Shown here: one piece after another, positions 47,504 to 56,484 of the stretch
Position numbering within the stretch: the first letter of the stretch is position 1
How the letters are laid out: every line of letters starts with the position of its first letter
Source: Clostridia bacterium
Lineage (GTDB): Bacteria > Bacillota > Clostridia > Monoglobales > Firm-18
NCBI GenBank assembly: GCA_045545235.1
Contig: JAZQAN010000010.1
Coordinates: forward strand, 26,267-90,266
Reading direction: 5' to 3'
Length of the DNA stretch: 64,000 nucleotides
Translations under genes and position numbers: made by a program
Notes under the pieces: generated by a model
Seen by the model: the letters and a program-made list of their open reading frames with translations, nothing else
Databases searched by the model: none
Told to the model about the DNA's origin: nothing

Positions 47504-47815
47504 ATGTCAGATATTATTTTGTGGTCATTACTTGCTTTTTTCAGTGCATTCGGTTTGTTTGAATTTATACGCTTTTTATATGCTGATTTTAAAAATTTTG
47601 ATGCCGACTTTTATATGGTTGTACATTGTGAAGAAACCGAAGACAATATTGAAGGTATTATACGCAGTGCCATACTTTCTACAGATTGTCATTCCATAAT
47701 TGCTCTTACAGACAACAACAGTTATATTACTGAAAAATTAGCCGAAGCTTATCCACATATAAGATTCATGACAACCGTGGATTATATCGAAGAATTAAAA
47801 CAACGGGGACTGTGA
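47504..47815 (+). CDS. Small membrane-anchored hypothetical protein (103 aa)
   Basis: SD GAGGTG 8 nt upstream. One N-terminal TM helix (IILWSLLAFFSAFGLFEFIRFLY), then a ~75-aa soluble domain with no recognised family. The stop lies 4 nt before recD2. Confidence 0.5.
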   Translation: MSDIILWSLLAFFSAFGLFEFIRFLYADFKNFDADFYMVVHCEETEDNIEGIIRSAILSTDCHSIIALTDNNSYITEKLAEAYPHIRFMTTVDYIEELKQRGL

Positions 47816-47819
47816 AACA

Positions 47820-50066
47820 ATGAATGAAAATTTACAACAGGAAAAAGAAAAATTAACAGGTCAGGTAGTTGGAATTGTATATTATAATTCCGATAACGGT
47901 TACACGGTTTGTGATATTGAAACCGAAGATGATACCGTTACCGCTGTGGGATATATGCCACAAATTGCCGAAGGGGAAAGTGTAACCGTTTTTGGTGAAT
48001 GGACTTTTCATCAGGACTATGGTCCGCAGTTTAAGGCAGAATATTATGAAAGAACTCTTCCATCTGAAGTTGATGACATTTTAAAATATCTGGCAAGCGG
48101 TTCTATAAAAGGAGTACGTTTGGCTACTGCAAAAAAAATAGTTGATATGTTTGGAAAAGAAACTCTTGCCATTCTTGAACACGAGCCCGAAAAACTTTCT
48201 AAAATAAACGGAATTTCAAAAAAGAAAGCTTTGGAAATAGGTGCCGATTTTGTAAAACAACAGGGCATAAGAAATATTGTTATGTACCTGCAAAAATTTG
48301 GCATCACACCACAAAGTGCAATTAAATTATACAAACGATACGGTAGTAATTCTGTAGAAAAGATAAAATCAAATCCTTACATTCTTTCAGAATCACTTTA
48401 CAACATAGGCTTTAAAACCGCCGATAAAATAGCACTTGATATGGGGGTTGAAACCAATGCCCCCATAAGAATACGTGCCGCAACATACTATGCTCTTAAC
48501 ACTGCTGCAATGAATGGTCATACGTACTTGCCGAAAAATATTCTTGTTGAAGAAATATGCCGTATGATCAAAATAACCCCTGAAGAGGCTGAAAACATTG
48601 TAATTAAAATGATTTTTACCTCTGACCTTAAAACCGAAAACACAGATGGCGATTTGCAAAATGTATATTTACCACAGCTTTACGATGCCGAATTATACGT
48701 TGCGGAAAAAATTGCAAAAATTGCAAAAAACACAGATAGTCTTGGAAACATAGATATTGAAAACCTTATAAAGACTGTTGAAAAAAACAGCAATATAACG
48801 CTTGCCGAATTGCAGAAAAAAGCAATAACAGATGCTATGGAAAACGGCGCAATAATAATAACAGGTGGCCCCGGAACCGGAAAAACCACAATAATAAATA
48901 CCATAATACAAATTATGGATACTTTAGAAAAAAAGGTTCTTCTTGCTGCCCCAACAGGTCGTGCCGCAAAAAGAATGTCAGAAGTATGCAACACCCCTGC
49001 CAAAACTATACATCGTTTGCTTGAATACATTTTTTCATCAAATGATGACAGAATGCTATTTGGTAAAAACGAACACAATCCTCTCGATTGCGACCTGCTT
49101 ATAATAGACGAAATGAGTATGGTTGATATTTCACTTATGGAAGCTGTTCTTAAAGCTATAAGAATGAACACACGAATTATAATGGTAGGTGACAGCGATC
49201 AGTTACCATCGGTAGGTGCAGGAAATGTTTTGCATGATATAATTAATTCAGGCATAATTCCCACAGTTTCGCTGAAGGAGGTTTTTCGTCAGGCAAAAGA
49301 AAGTGCAATTGTTGTAAATGCTCATAAAATAAACAACGGAGAATATCCCATATTCAATCAGCAGGGAACAGACTTCTTCCTTGTAAAAAAAGACTCTGCA
49401 ACCGATATATCAAAGTCAATAATTGAGCTTTTTATCAAAAGACTGCCTGCTGCGTACAAATACAATCCCCTTTATCAGATACAGATACTTTCACCAACAC
49501 GCAAGGGGATAACAGGCATAAACGAGCTTAACAATGCTTTACAAAATGTTATAAACCCGCCTGACAAAAAGAAAGCTGAAAAGCAGTTTAAAAACATAAC
49601 CTTCAGAGAAGGCGACAAAATTATGCAAACCCGTAACAATTACGAACTTGAATGGGTAAAATATGACGATCCCGAAGTTCTGGGATGTGGTGTTTTCAAC
49701 GGTGACATAGGCTATATTCACCGAATAAACACAGAGGATAAAATTGTTACAATAGTATTTGATGACAAAGTGTGTGCATATGAATTTTCTCAGCTTGAAG
49801 ATATTGAGCTTGCATATGCAATTACAGTTCACAAAAGTCAGGGAAGTGAGTTTGACGTTGTAATTATTCCTATGTACCCATGTGCTCCAATGCTACAAAA
49901 CCGCAACCTTTTCTATACGGCAGTTACAAGGGCAAAAAAGCTTGTAGTGCTTGTAGGAAGGGAAGCCACAATAAAAACAATGGTAGATAACAAATTAAAG
50001 CAAGTCCGCTATACCGGTCTTGTGGAAAAAATAAGAAAAAATGAAATTAAAGGATTATTTAATTAA
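47820..50066 (+). CDS. recD2: RecD2-type SF1B ATP-dependent DNA helicase
   Basis: N-terminal OB/HhH region, Walker A ITGGPGTGKTT, motif II LLIIDEMSMVD, VGDSDQLPSVG, and C-terminal AITVHKSQGSEF. Confidence 0.9.
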   Translation: MNENLQQEKEKLTGQVVGIVYYNSDNGYTVCDIETEDDTVTAVGYMPQIAEGESVTVFGEWTFHQDYGPQFKAEYYERTLPSEVDDILKYLASGSIKGVRLATAKKIVDMFGKETLAILEHEPEKLSKINGISKKKALEIGADFVKQQGIRNIVMYLQKFGITPQSAIKLYKRYGSNSVEKIKSNPYILSESLYNIGFKTADKIALDMGVETNAPIRIRAATYYALNTAAMNGHTYLPKNILVEEICRMIKITPEEAENIVIKMIFTSDLKTENTDGDLQNVYLPQLYDAELYVAEKIAKIAKNTDSLGNIDIENLIKTVEKNSNITLAELQKKAITDAMENGAIIITGGPGTGKTTIINTIIQIMDTLEKKVLLAAPTGRAAKRMSEVCNTPAKTIHRLLEYIFSSNDDRMLFGKNEHNPLDCDLLIIDEMSMVDISLMEAVLKAIRMNTRIIMVGDSDQLPSVGAGNVLHDIINSGIIPTVSLKEVFRQAKESAIVVNAHKINNGEYPIFNQQGTDFFLVKKDSATDISKSIIELFIKRLPAAYKYNPLYQIQILSPTRKGITGINELNNALQNVINPPDKKKAEKQFKNITFREGDKIMQTRNNYELEWVKYDDPEVLGCGVFNGDIGYIHRINTEDKIVTIVFDDKVCAYEFSQLEDIELAYAITVHKSQGSEFDVVIIPMYPCAPMLQNRNLFYTAVTRAKKLVVLVGREATIKTMVDNKLKQVRYTGLVEKIRKNEIKGLFN

Positions 50067-50763
50067 GTTAATAGCTCCGCAAAAATGTATATCATGCAAC
50101 TGTACTATACCTTTGCAGTCATCTGCCTTATTTTGTTATGAGTGTAGCAAAAACTATCATCTTAACAACGAGGCAACCTGTGATATATGCGGAAAACCGA
50201 TAAATATAAATCGAGACAACACCTGTTCTGTTTGCAAAGATACAAAAATCTATTACGCAAAAAATGTATCAAGGTATTTGTACAAAGGCTGCATAAAAGA
50301 AGGTATTCACAATATGAAGTTCAAAAGACGTCAATGGATTGCCTTTGAATTCGGTAAAACACTATGTAAAACTATTAAAGAGGAATATTCAGACATAAAT
50401 TTTGACTTTATAATTTATGTACCGATGTCACCCCTTAATGAATTAAAAAGAGGGTTTAATCAATCATTCGAAATGGCTCAAATAATATCTGAAGAGTTAA
50501 AAATACCCATAAACACAAAAATACTCTATAAAAACCCGGGAGTAAAAACTCAAAGTGGTCTAAACTACAAAGAACGTGTACAAAACATAAAGAATGCCTT
50601 TACTGTAAAAAACAGTCATTTGCTTACAGATAAGGTAATACTTCTTATTGATGATGTATTCACAACAGGAAGTACAATAAATGAATGTGCACGCATACTC
50701 AAACGAAACGGAGCTCTTGCAGTATACGCCGCAACACTTTCAACAGTTACAAAAGACGAATAA
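50041..50763 (+). CDS. comFC: ComF-family protein (ComFC; zinc-ribbon plus phosphoribosyltransferase domain)
   Basis: N-terminal Cys4 clusters (CISCNC...CYEC...CDICGKP...CSVC) and PRTase loop VILLIDDVFTTGSTINE. Overlaps the recD2 3' end by 26 nt. Confidence 0.8.
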   Translation: MKLKDYLIKLIAPQKCISCNCTIPLQSSALFCYECSKNYHLNNEATCDICGKPININRDNTCSVCKDTKIYYAKNVSRYLYKGCIKEGIHNMKFKRRQWIAFEFGKTLCKTIKEEYSDINFDFIIYVPMSPLNELKRGFNQSFEMAQIISEELKIPINTKILYKNPGVKTQSGLNYKERVQNIKNAFTVKNSHLLTDKVILLIDDVFTTGSTINECARILKRNGALAVYAATLSTVTKDE

Positions 50764-50831
50764 AGGTATTGTAAACTAAACAAAAATATGGTAAAATTAA
50801 AACAATACAATTAGCAAAAGGAATGATTAAA

Positions 50832-51860
50832 ATGCATATGAAATTTGAAAGAAAGCTTCCGACAGGTGACGAAATAAGAGCGCAATACCCTCTTTCTTCC
50901 GACCTGGCAGAAAAAAAGAAATTACGTGACCGGGATATTGCTGATGTATTTACAGGAAAATCCGACAAGCTTGTTCTTATAATAGGACCTTGCTCTGCAG
51001 ATTCTACTGACTCTGTTATGGACTATATGCACAGGCTTGCAAAAATTCAGGAAAAAGTAAATGATAAAATTCTTATCATACCCCGTGTATACACAAATAA
51101 GCCTCGTACAACCGGTGACGGATATAAAGGGATGGTGCACCAACCAAACCCAAATGAAAAACCCGATATGCTAAAGGGAATAATGGCAATAAGAAATTTA
51201 CATACTCAGGTTATTTCGGAAACAGGCTTTTTCTGTGCTGACGAAATGCTTTATCCTGAAAATTACAGTTATCTTTCAGACTTACTTTCATACGTTGCAG
51301 TAGGTGCACGTTCCGTAGAAAATCAACAACATCGACTTGTTTCAAGTGGTATGGACGTGCCTGTAGGTATGAAAAACCCAACAAGCGGTGACTTTTCAGT
51401 TATGCTAAACTCAATAGTTGCAGCAACGCATTCCCACACCTTTATATACAACAGTTGGGAAGTTGAAACTCAGGGCAACCCACTTGCACATGCTATTTTA
51501 AGAGGCTATGTTGATAAAGACGGGCAGTCATTCCCCAACTATCACTATGAGGATTTGATAAGATTATACGATTCTTATTCAGAAAGAAATACCGAAAATT
51601 TAGCACTTATCATAGATACCAACCACGCAAATTCAAACAAACAGTATCTTGAACAGGTAAGAATTTGCAAAGAGGTATTGCACAGTTGTCGCCACAGCAA
51701 CGATATCAAAAAGCTTGTAAAAGGTTTTATGATTGAAAGCTACATAGAGGACGGCTCGCAAAAAATCGGTGACGGCATTTACGGAAAATCAATTACAGAC
51801 CCATGCCTTGGTTGGGAGAAATCCGAAAAGCTTATTCTTGATATTGCAAATCTAATATAA
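50832..51860 (+). CDS. 3-deoxy-7-phosphoheptulonate (DAHP) synthase, class I (AroF/G/H type)
   Basis: IIGPCSADS, KPRTTGDGYKGM, IIDTNHANS motifs. Start placed at ATG 50832, 9 nt after AAAAGGA. The track start 50823 abuts the SD. Confidence 0.88.
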   Translation: MHMKFERKLPTGDEIRAQYPLSSDLAEKKKLRDRDIADVFTGKSDKLVLIIGPCSADSTDSVMDYMHRLAKIQEKVNDKILIIPRVYTNKPRTTGDGYKGMVHQPNPNEKPDMLKGIMAIRNLHTQVISETGFFCADEMLYPENYSYLSDLLSYVAVGARSVENQQHRLVSSGMDVPVGMKNPTSGDFSVMLNSIVAATHSHTFIYNSWEVETQGNPLAHAILRGYVDKDGQSFPNYHYEDLIRLYDSYSERNTENLALIIDTNHANSNKQYLEQVRICKEVLHSCRHSNDIKKLVKGFMIESYIEDGSQKIGDGIYGKSITDPCLGWEKSEKLILDIANLI

Positions 51861-51861
51861 G

Positions 51862-51893
51862 AAAATGGTATGTGATAATTCACATACCATTTT
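51862..51893. terminator. Bidirectional terminator overlapping the 3' end of the MBL-fold gene
   Basis: AAAATGGTATGTG-ATAATT-CACATACCATTTT. The right arm encodes the last codons and stop of the minus-strand gene. Confidence 0.75.
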
Positions 51894-52656
51894 TCACTTT
51901 ATAATACACTCCAATTTCAGGCCACAAAGCAACCTTACCTTTAAATTTGGCATCAGCATATTTTATTACATCTTCTGAAATTTTTCTGCTGTTATGTACA
52001 AAAAACAACTGCTTTGCCCCAACATCGTTTGCAAGGTCTACTGCTTCATATACCGTTGAATGACCGTGTCTTACAACAGGATTTTCTTCAAAACCAAGAG
52101 AAATTTCGTGCACAAGTAAATCGCACCCTTTAAAGAAAGTATTCAAATTGGCATTTAACTGTGTATCTCCTGTTGCACAAATAACTGCCTTTGTATTTTT
52201 ATCCGTTATACGGTAACATAGCCCCTGAACACCGTGAACAGAATTACAGGTTTCAAAAATCATATCTTCTGTTTCATATGTCTCGTCGGGTTCAAGCTCT
52301 ATAACCTGCACCCATTCACTTTCGGGCTTTTTGAATTCCAAAAAATCCATTGCTTTTTTAACTATACGTCTTACATCATTGGCAGGTCCTATAATTTTAA
52401 GCTCCGATAAATTGCCGCCCTTTTGAATATAATAAAACAAAAAGGCAGGTAAGGAAATATAATGGTCATGATGCATATGTGTAAAAAACAAATATTTAAT
52501 ATCAAGTAGTTCAATATCATTATTAACAAGGTTATTTACTAAAGCAAAACCCGTATCAAATAAATATTTCTTATTTATCAAAAAACACGGGTCATCATCA
52601 TTTTTATCAAAAATACAAGCTGTTGTACCTAAAAACATTATATTTGTATCACTCAT
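51880..52656 (-). CDS. MBL-fold metallo-hydrolase
   Basis: HxHxDH motif (FTHMHHDHYI), with downstream His/Asp ligands (ATGDT, HEIS, HGHS). Confidence 0.8.
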   Translation of the reverse strand: MSDTNIMFLGTTACIFDKNDDDPCFLINKKYLFDTGFALVNNLVNNDIELLDIKYLFFTHMHHDHYISLPAFLFYYIQKGGNLSELKIIGPANDVRRIVKKAMDFLEFKKPESEWVQVIELEPDETYETEDMIFETCNSVHGVQGLCYRITDKNTKAVICATGDTQLNANLNTFFKGCDLLVHEISLGFEENPVVRHGHSTVYEAVDLANDVGAKQLFFVHNSRKISEDVIKYADAKFKGKVALWPEIGVYYKVKNGM

Positions 52657-52711
52657 AATACTCCCTCCTAATACAATGATTCTAACACACCAAAGTTACT
52701 GTGTCAATAAA

Positions 52712-53080
52712 CTAAATCTTTTTCTGCAAATATTCAAATAAATTAAAAACAGGTATGCAAAGTAAAAACCATAAAAGGAAGTACATCGGGCATATCTGTC
52801 CCCATAAATTAAAGGCTTTTTCTGAATAGTCCCATACATTCCACCTTAAAATTTTATTAATAATAATTCCTGTTATCAATTCTGCTAACGTTATAAAAAC
52901 CGCTCCGCACATACATTTATAGAGTATTTTTACACCTTTTAATTTCCTGTTTATAACATAAAGTATTACCGCACAAATACCCCCTGCAATAGCCATTGTC
53001 CAATGAGTATATCCGCGCCACAGTATTTCTATTGCCATATAATTTATTGCACCAAAACAAAAAATAACTGTTTTTTCCAT
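52712..53080 (-). CDS. Small polytopic membrane protein (CmpB/'putative ABC-transporter type IV' family-like)
   Basis: Four hydrophobic helices and a ...RWNVWDYS... motif. Start moved to ATG 53080, because the track extension would run through the upstream gene's terminator. The family call is from memory. Confidence 0.55.
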   Translation of the reverse strand: MEKTVIFCFGAINYMAIEILWRGYTHWTMAIAGGICAVILYVINRKLKGVKILYKCMCGAVFITLAELITGIIINKILRWNVWDYSEKAFNLWGQICPMYFLLWFLLCIPVFNLFEYLQKKI

Positions 53081-53133
53081 AACAATTAACTCCCAACAGT
53101 CATTATTATAGCAAAAAAACAAATCATTTATAC

Positions 53134-53168
53134 AAAAAAAGAAATGCAAAACAATAGTTTTGCATTTC
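53134..53168 (-). terminator. Terminator after the GH105-like gene pair
   Basis: Minus-strand GAAATGCAAAAC-TATT-GTTTTGCATTTC, followed by T7. Confidence 0.75.
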
Positions 53169-53180
53169 CTCTTATATGTA

Positions 53181-54281
53181 TTATTTTACAATATTTTCAA
53201 TACCGTTTCTTTCAGCTTCGATCATAGCAAGAATTACAGGACCGAAAGCATGGCTGTCATTCTTAACATGAGTTACGCCAACAATGTAAGCTTCAATTGT
53301 ACCCTTCTGGTCACCATAAGCAGGGCATAGACAACCGTGGCAACATCTTGTTACTGAATAATCAGGTTCAACACAGAACTGATACAAACCTTCAATACCT
53401 TTTTTGAATGGTTCGAAGAATGTCTCTTTATCAAGAACACCAAGACGAAGACCAATACCCATAGCATAAAGCATTAAACCTGTACCTGATGATTCTTCCC
53501 ATGCTAAAGGTTCTGCCATTGTCTGTCTCCAAAGACCTCTTACTGTCTGGTATTTGATAATAGCAGTACAGTGGTCTCTTAGTCTCTGACAAGCTTCTTC
53601 GTACTTAGGATGATCCTTTGGAAGATATCTTACAAGTTCAACAAGACCTATAATACCCCAACCGTTACCTCTTGACCAATGGTCGTGAGAAATAGATGTT
53701 TTGTCACCCATAAAGCCTCTTGCCTGATGAAGAAGGCCGTTTGATTCATCCATAAATACGTCATACATCTTAAAGCACTGTTCAACAGCAAAATCAACGT
53801 ACTTTGGTTCGTTAAGTGCAAGTCCTGCATAAAGCATATAAGGTGTTACTGCATATACAACGTCAATCCAGATTTTTTCTGATTCAGGATCACGAGCAAG
53901 GCACATAATGCCGTCCCAGCTACGTGGAGCAGCCAATGTTTTTTCAGCATATTCACGAATCATATTTTCGTGATCCTTAAAGTAACCCTTCATAAACATC
54001 CATGCTTTGCCAAGACCACCTACACGGTAGTTGTCAAAGTTGTAGTTAAATTTAACACCGGGTTCTTCAAAATAAAATGGATAAAGGTCAAGGTAGGAAT
54101 TAACCTCCTTAAGCATTTCTTCATCCCCTGAAACTTTTGCTGCCTGAGCACCGGCAAACATTGTAAGTATGCCCGGATAACTGTAAAGCGGAGCAGTTCC
54201 ATATGATGTGTTAGTTCCCAATCCATCCTGGATTTCAACACATTTTTCCCAAAGTCTTTTTGCGATAATACTTGGTTTCAT
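53181..54281 (-). CDS. GH105/GH88-family unsaturated glycuronyl/rhamnogalacturonyl hydrolase-like protein, paralog 2
   Basis: (alpha/alpha)6-type pattern shared with YteR/UGL as I remember them: IWIDVVYAVTPYMLYAG, GLLHQARGF, HWSRGNGW, LPKDHPKY, YQ..RGLWRQ, EESSGTG. 366 aa, no signal peptide. Confidence 0.75.
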   Translation of the reverse strand: MKPSIIAKRLWEKCVEIQDGLGTNTSYGTAPLYSYPGILTMFAGAQAAKVSGDEEMLKEVNSYLDLYPFYFEEPGVKFNYNFDNYRVGGLGKAWMFMKGYFKDHENMIREYAEKTLAAPRSWDGIMCLARDPESEKIWIDVVYAVTPYMLYAGLALNEPKYVDFAVEQCFKMYDVFMDESNGLLHQARGFMGDKTSISHDHWSRGNGWGIIGLVELVRYLPKDHPKYEEACQRLRDHCTAIIKYQTVRGLWRQTMAEPLAWEESSGTGLMLYAMGIGLRLGVLDKETFFEPFKKGIEGLYQFCVEPDYSVTRCCHGCLCPAYGDQKGTIEAYIVGVTHVKNDSHAFGPVILAMIEAERNGIENIVK

Positions 54282-54306
54282 TTTAAAATCCTCCCAAAAA
54301 ATTTAT

Positions 54307-55407
54307 TTATTTAACTATATTTTCAATACCGTTTTTATCTGCTTCCATCATAGCCATAATGATAGGACCGAAAGCATGACTGTCATCCTTTGTAGGATGA
54401 GACACCACGATGTAAGCTTCAATTGTACCCTTCATATCTCCCTGACCAGGACACAAGCAACCACGGCAACATTTTTCGACAGAATAGTCAGGATTAATAC
54501 AGAACTGATAAAGGCCGTCAATACCCTTTTTGAAAACAGGCATATAAGTTTCTTTATCAAGAATACCAAGACGCATACCAAGACCTATAGCATACAAAAT
54601 GATACCTGTACCTGATGATTCTTCCCAAGCGTATTTTTCTGTAATTTCCTGTCTCCAAAGACCTCTGAAATCCTGATATTTAATCAATGCTGCACAGTGA
54701 GCCTTGAATCTTTCAACTGCTTCGTTGTATTTAGGATGATCCTTCGGCAAGTATCTTACAAGCTCTACCATACCGATAATACCCCATCCATTACCTCTTG
54801 ACCAATGATCTTCTGAAATCTTTTCAGGATCAGCCAAAAAGCCTCTTGCCTGATGAAGAAGACCGCAAGATTCATCCATAAAGATGTCATACATCTTAAA
54901 GCACTGGTCTACTGCATAATCTATGTATTTAGGTTCGTTTAATACCAAACCTGCATAAAGCATAAAAGGAGTTACGCAAAACACAACGTCAATCCATATT
55001 TTAACCTGTTTAGGATCGTGTATACCACACAATACACCGTCATGGCTATGAGGACCATTGATTGTTTTTTCTGCATACTCTCTAAGAACATTTTCGTGAT
55101 CCTTAAAGTAGCCATGCATCATCATCCAGCCTTTACCAAGACCACCTACACGATAGTTTTCGAAATTGTAATGGAAATTAGTACCCGGTTCTTCAAATTC
55201 AAAAGGATATTTGGACAAATAGCTGTTAACCTCTTTTATCCATTCCTCATCCTTTGAATTTACAGCAGCCTGAGCTGCTGCCCACATTGTCAAAATACCG
55301 GGATAACTGTAAAGCGGTGCAGCACCATATGTTGAAGCTGCGCCTATTTCGTTCTGAACACTTACTGCGCGATCCCATATTTTTTTTGCTATAATGCTTG
55401 GTTTCAT
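54307..55407 (-). CDS. GH105/GH88-family unsaturated glycuronyl/rhamnogalacturonyl hydrolase-like protein, paralog 1
   Basis: Same motifs and the same length (366 aa) as the downstream gene. 50 of the first 75 residues are identical by manual count, and the termini are identical (MKPSIIAK..., ...NGIENIVK). Confidence 0.75.
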   Translation of the reverse strand: MKPSIIAKKIWDRAVSVQNEIGAASTYGAAPLYSYPGILTMWAAAQAAVNSKDEEWIKEVNSYLSKYPFEFEEPGTNFHYNFENYRVGGLGKGWMMMHGYFKDHENVLREYAEKTINGPHSHDGVLCGIHDPKQVKIWIDVVFCVTPFMLYAGLVLNEPKYIDYAVDQCFKMYDIFMDESCGLLHQARGFLADPEKISEDHWSRGNGWGIIGMVELVRYLPKDHPKYNEAVERFKAHCAALIKYQDFRGLWRQEITEKYAWEESSGTGIILYAIGLGMRLGILDKETYMPVFKKGIDGLYQFCINPDYSVEKCCRGCLCPGQGDMKGTIEAYIVVSHPTKDDSHAFGPIIMAMMEADKNGIENIVK

Positions 55408-55440
55408 AGTTAAAAACCTCCATTTTCTAAAATTTATTAT

Positions 55441-55469
55441 ATTTTACCATACTTATTTTTATAAATCAA
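55441..55469 (-). promoter_or_regulatory. Sigma-A-type promoter (extended -10) in front of the GH105-like pair
   Basis: Minus strand: TTGATT (55469-55464), 17-nt spacer ending in TGG, TAAAAT (55446-55441). GGAGG SD before ATG 55407. Confidence 0.5.
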
Positions 55470-55526
55470 TGGATAAATGCGATTTTTATTTAACAAAAAC
55501 GACTTTTATTTGTGTAAAGTGATTTT

Positions 55527-56471
55527 TTAATAGAAGGTTACAACCTGTTGTTCAGGTTCTGATGTTCTCTTAATTTCAGTTGCGTGAAGAACGGGACCTT
55601 CATCCTCATACATTTCGTGAAATTCCTTTTCAATTTTTGCGGTCACTATAATCCAGTCACGTTTTGCAAGTCCGCTTACAACAACTCCCTTGCACACAAG
55701 CCCTCTGTAGGTTATATCATCCTCACAGCATACCATAACGTGTCGTCCCACAACAATAGTATTTTTAGGGAAAGAATTGTCGTGTGCCACAATACCTTTG
55801 AAACGAACAGTCTTTCCTACGTATTTTTCCATTTCTTCAGATAAATCTCTGTACCATATTGCGTAATCTTCATCTTTGATATCAATTACATCTGCATCTA
55901 TATCAAAAGGCAACGGATCTTCAATATCGTCATATTCCACACGGTCTTCAGAAAATTCGTAGGCAATATCAGCATCTCTTGAAACACCACGCACAATTTT
56001 GTGTATTTCCATACGGTCAAGGTCATCTGTACAACGGTTTAAAATAACCATATTAGTACCCTGTAATTTTTCTACAGTAAGCTGACGCATGTTCTTGTTG
56101 TAGGTTATAAAATTCTTTGCCTCCGCAAACATCATTTCCTGATATATAAGCCATCCATATGGCATTGCGTCAAAAAGAGTATTCATACTCCACATACCGT
56201 TGTACTCTATAACAACGCGATTTATTTTGTATTTTTTCTGCAATCTTTTCAAAGCTTCTTCTGTAAGCTCGTCCTCATCATCAATGTATTCAACAAAAAC
56301 GTTATCTACCTTAAACTTACTGCTGTCATACTCTTCTACACCCTCTTCACAAACAAGGAGCAGAGTATTATCTTTTGAATTGAAACGCTCATCCTCTAAA
56401 AAACCCTGAATAAATTTTGTTTTTCCGCTTTCCAAAAAACCTGTAAATAAATATACGGGAGTTTCCTGCAT
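55527..56471 (-). CDS. COG0523-like P-loop protein lacking the CxCC motif, with a C-terminal CC-motif beta domain (DUF1980/TIGR03943-like)
   Basis: GGAGGGG SD 5 nt before ATG 56471. Walker A FTGFLESGKTKF and Walker-B-like VVIEYNGM are present, but no CxCC. The C-terminal ~110 aa (GKTVRFKGIVAHD...VVGRHVMVCCEDDITYRGLVCKG...DWIIVTAKI) resemble the DUF1980 C-terminal domain as I recall it. Confidence 0.6.
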   Translation of the reverse strand: MQETPVYLFTGFLESGKTKFIQGFLEDERFNSKDNTLLLVCEEGVEEYDSSKFKVDNVFVEYIDDEDELTEEALKRLQKKYKINRVVIEYNGMWSMNTLFDAMPYGWLIYQEMMFAEAKNFITYNKNMRQLTVEKLQGTNMVILNRCTDDLDRMEIHKIVRGVSRDADIAYEFSEDRVEYDDIEDPLPFDIDADVIDIKDEDYAIWYRDLSEEMEKYVGKTVRFKGIVAHDNSFPKNTIVVGRHVMVCCEDDITYRGLVCKGVVVSGLAKRDWIIVTAKIEKEFHEMYEDEGPVLHATEIKRTSEPEQQVVTFY

Positions 56472-56484
56472 AATATCCCCTCCG

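Noticed and set aside
47504-50763. Small membrane protein + RecD-like helicase + PRTase-domain protein as a possible phage-defence trio
   Set aside because: The helicase has the full housekeeping RecD2 architecture, and the PRTase protein has the ComFC zinc-ribbon N-terminus. As far as I recall, recD2-comFC adjacency is common in Clostridia. There is no nuclease, no reverse transcriptase and no mobile-element context.
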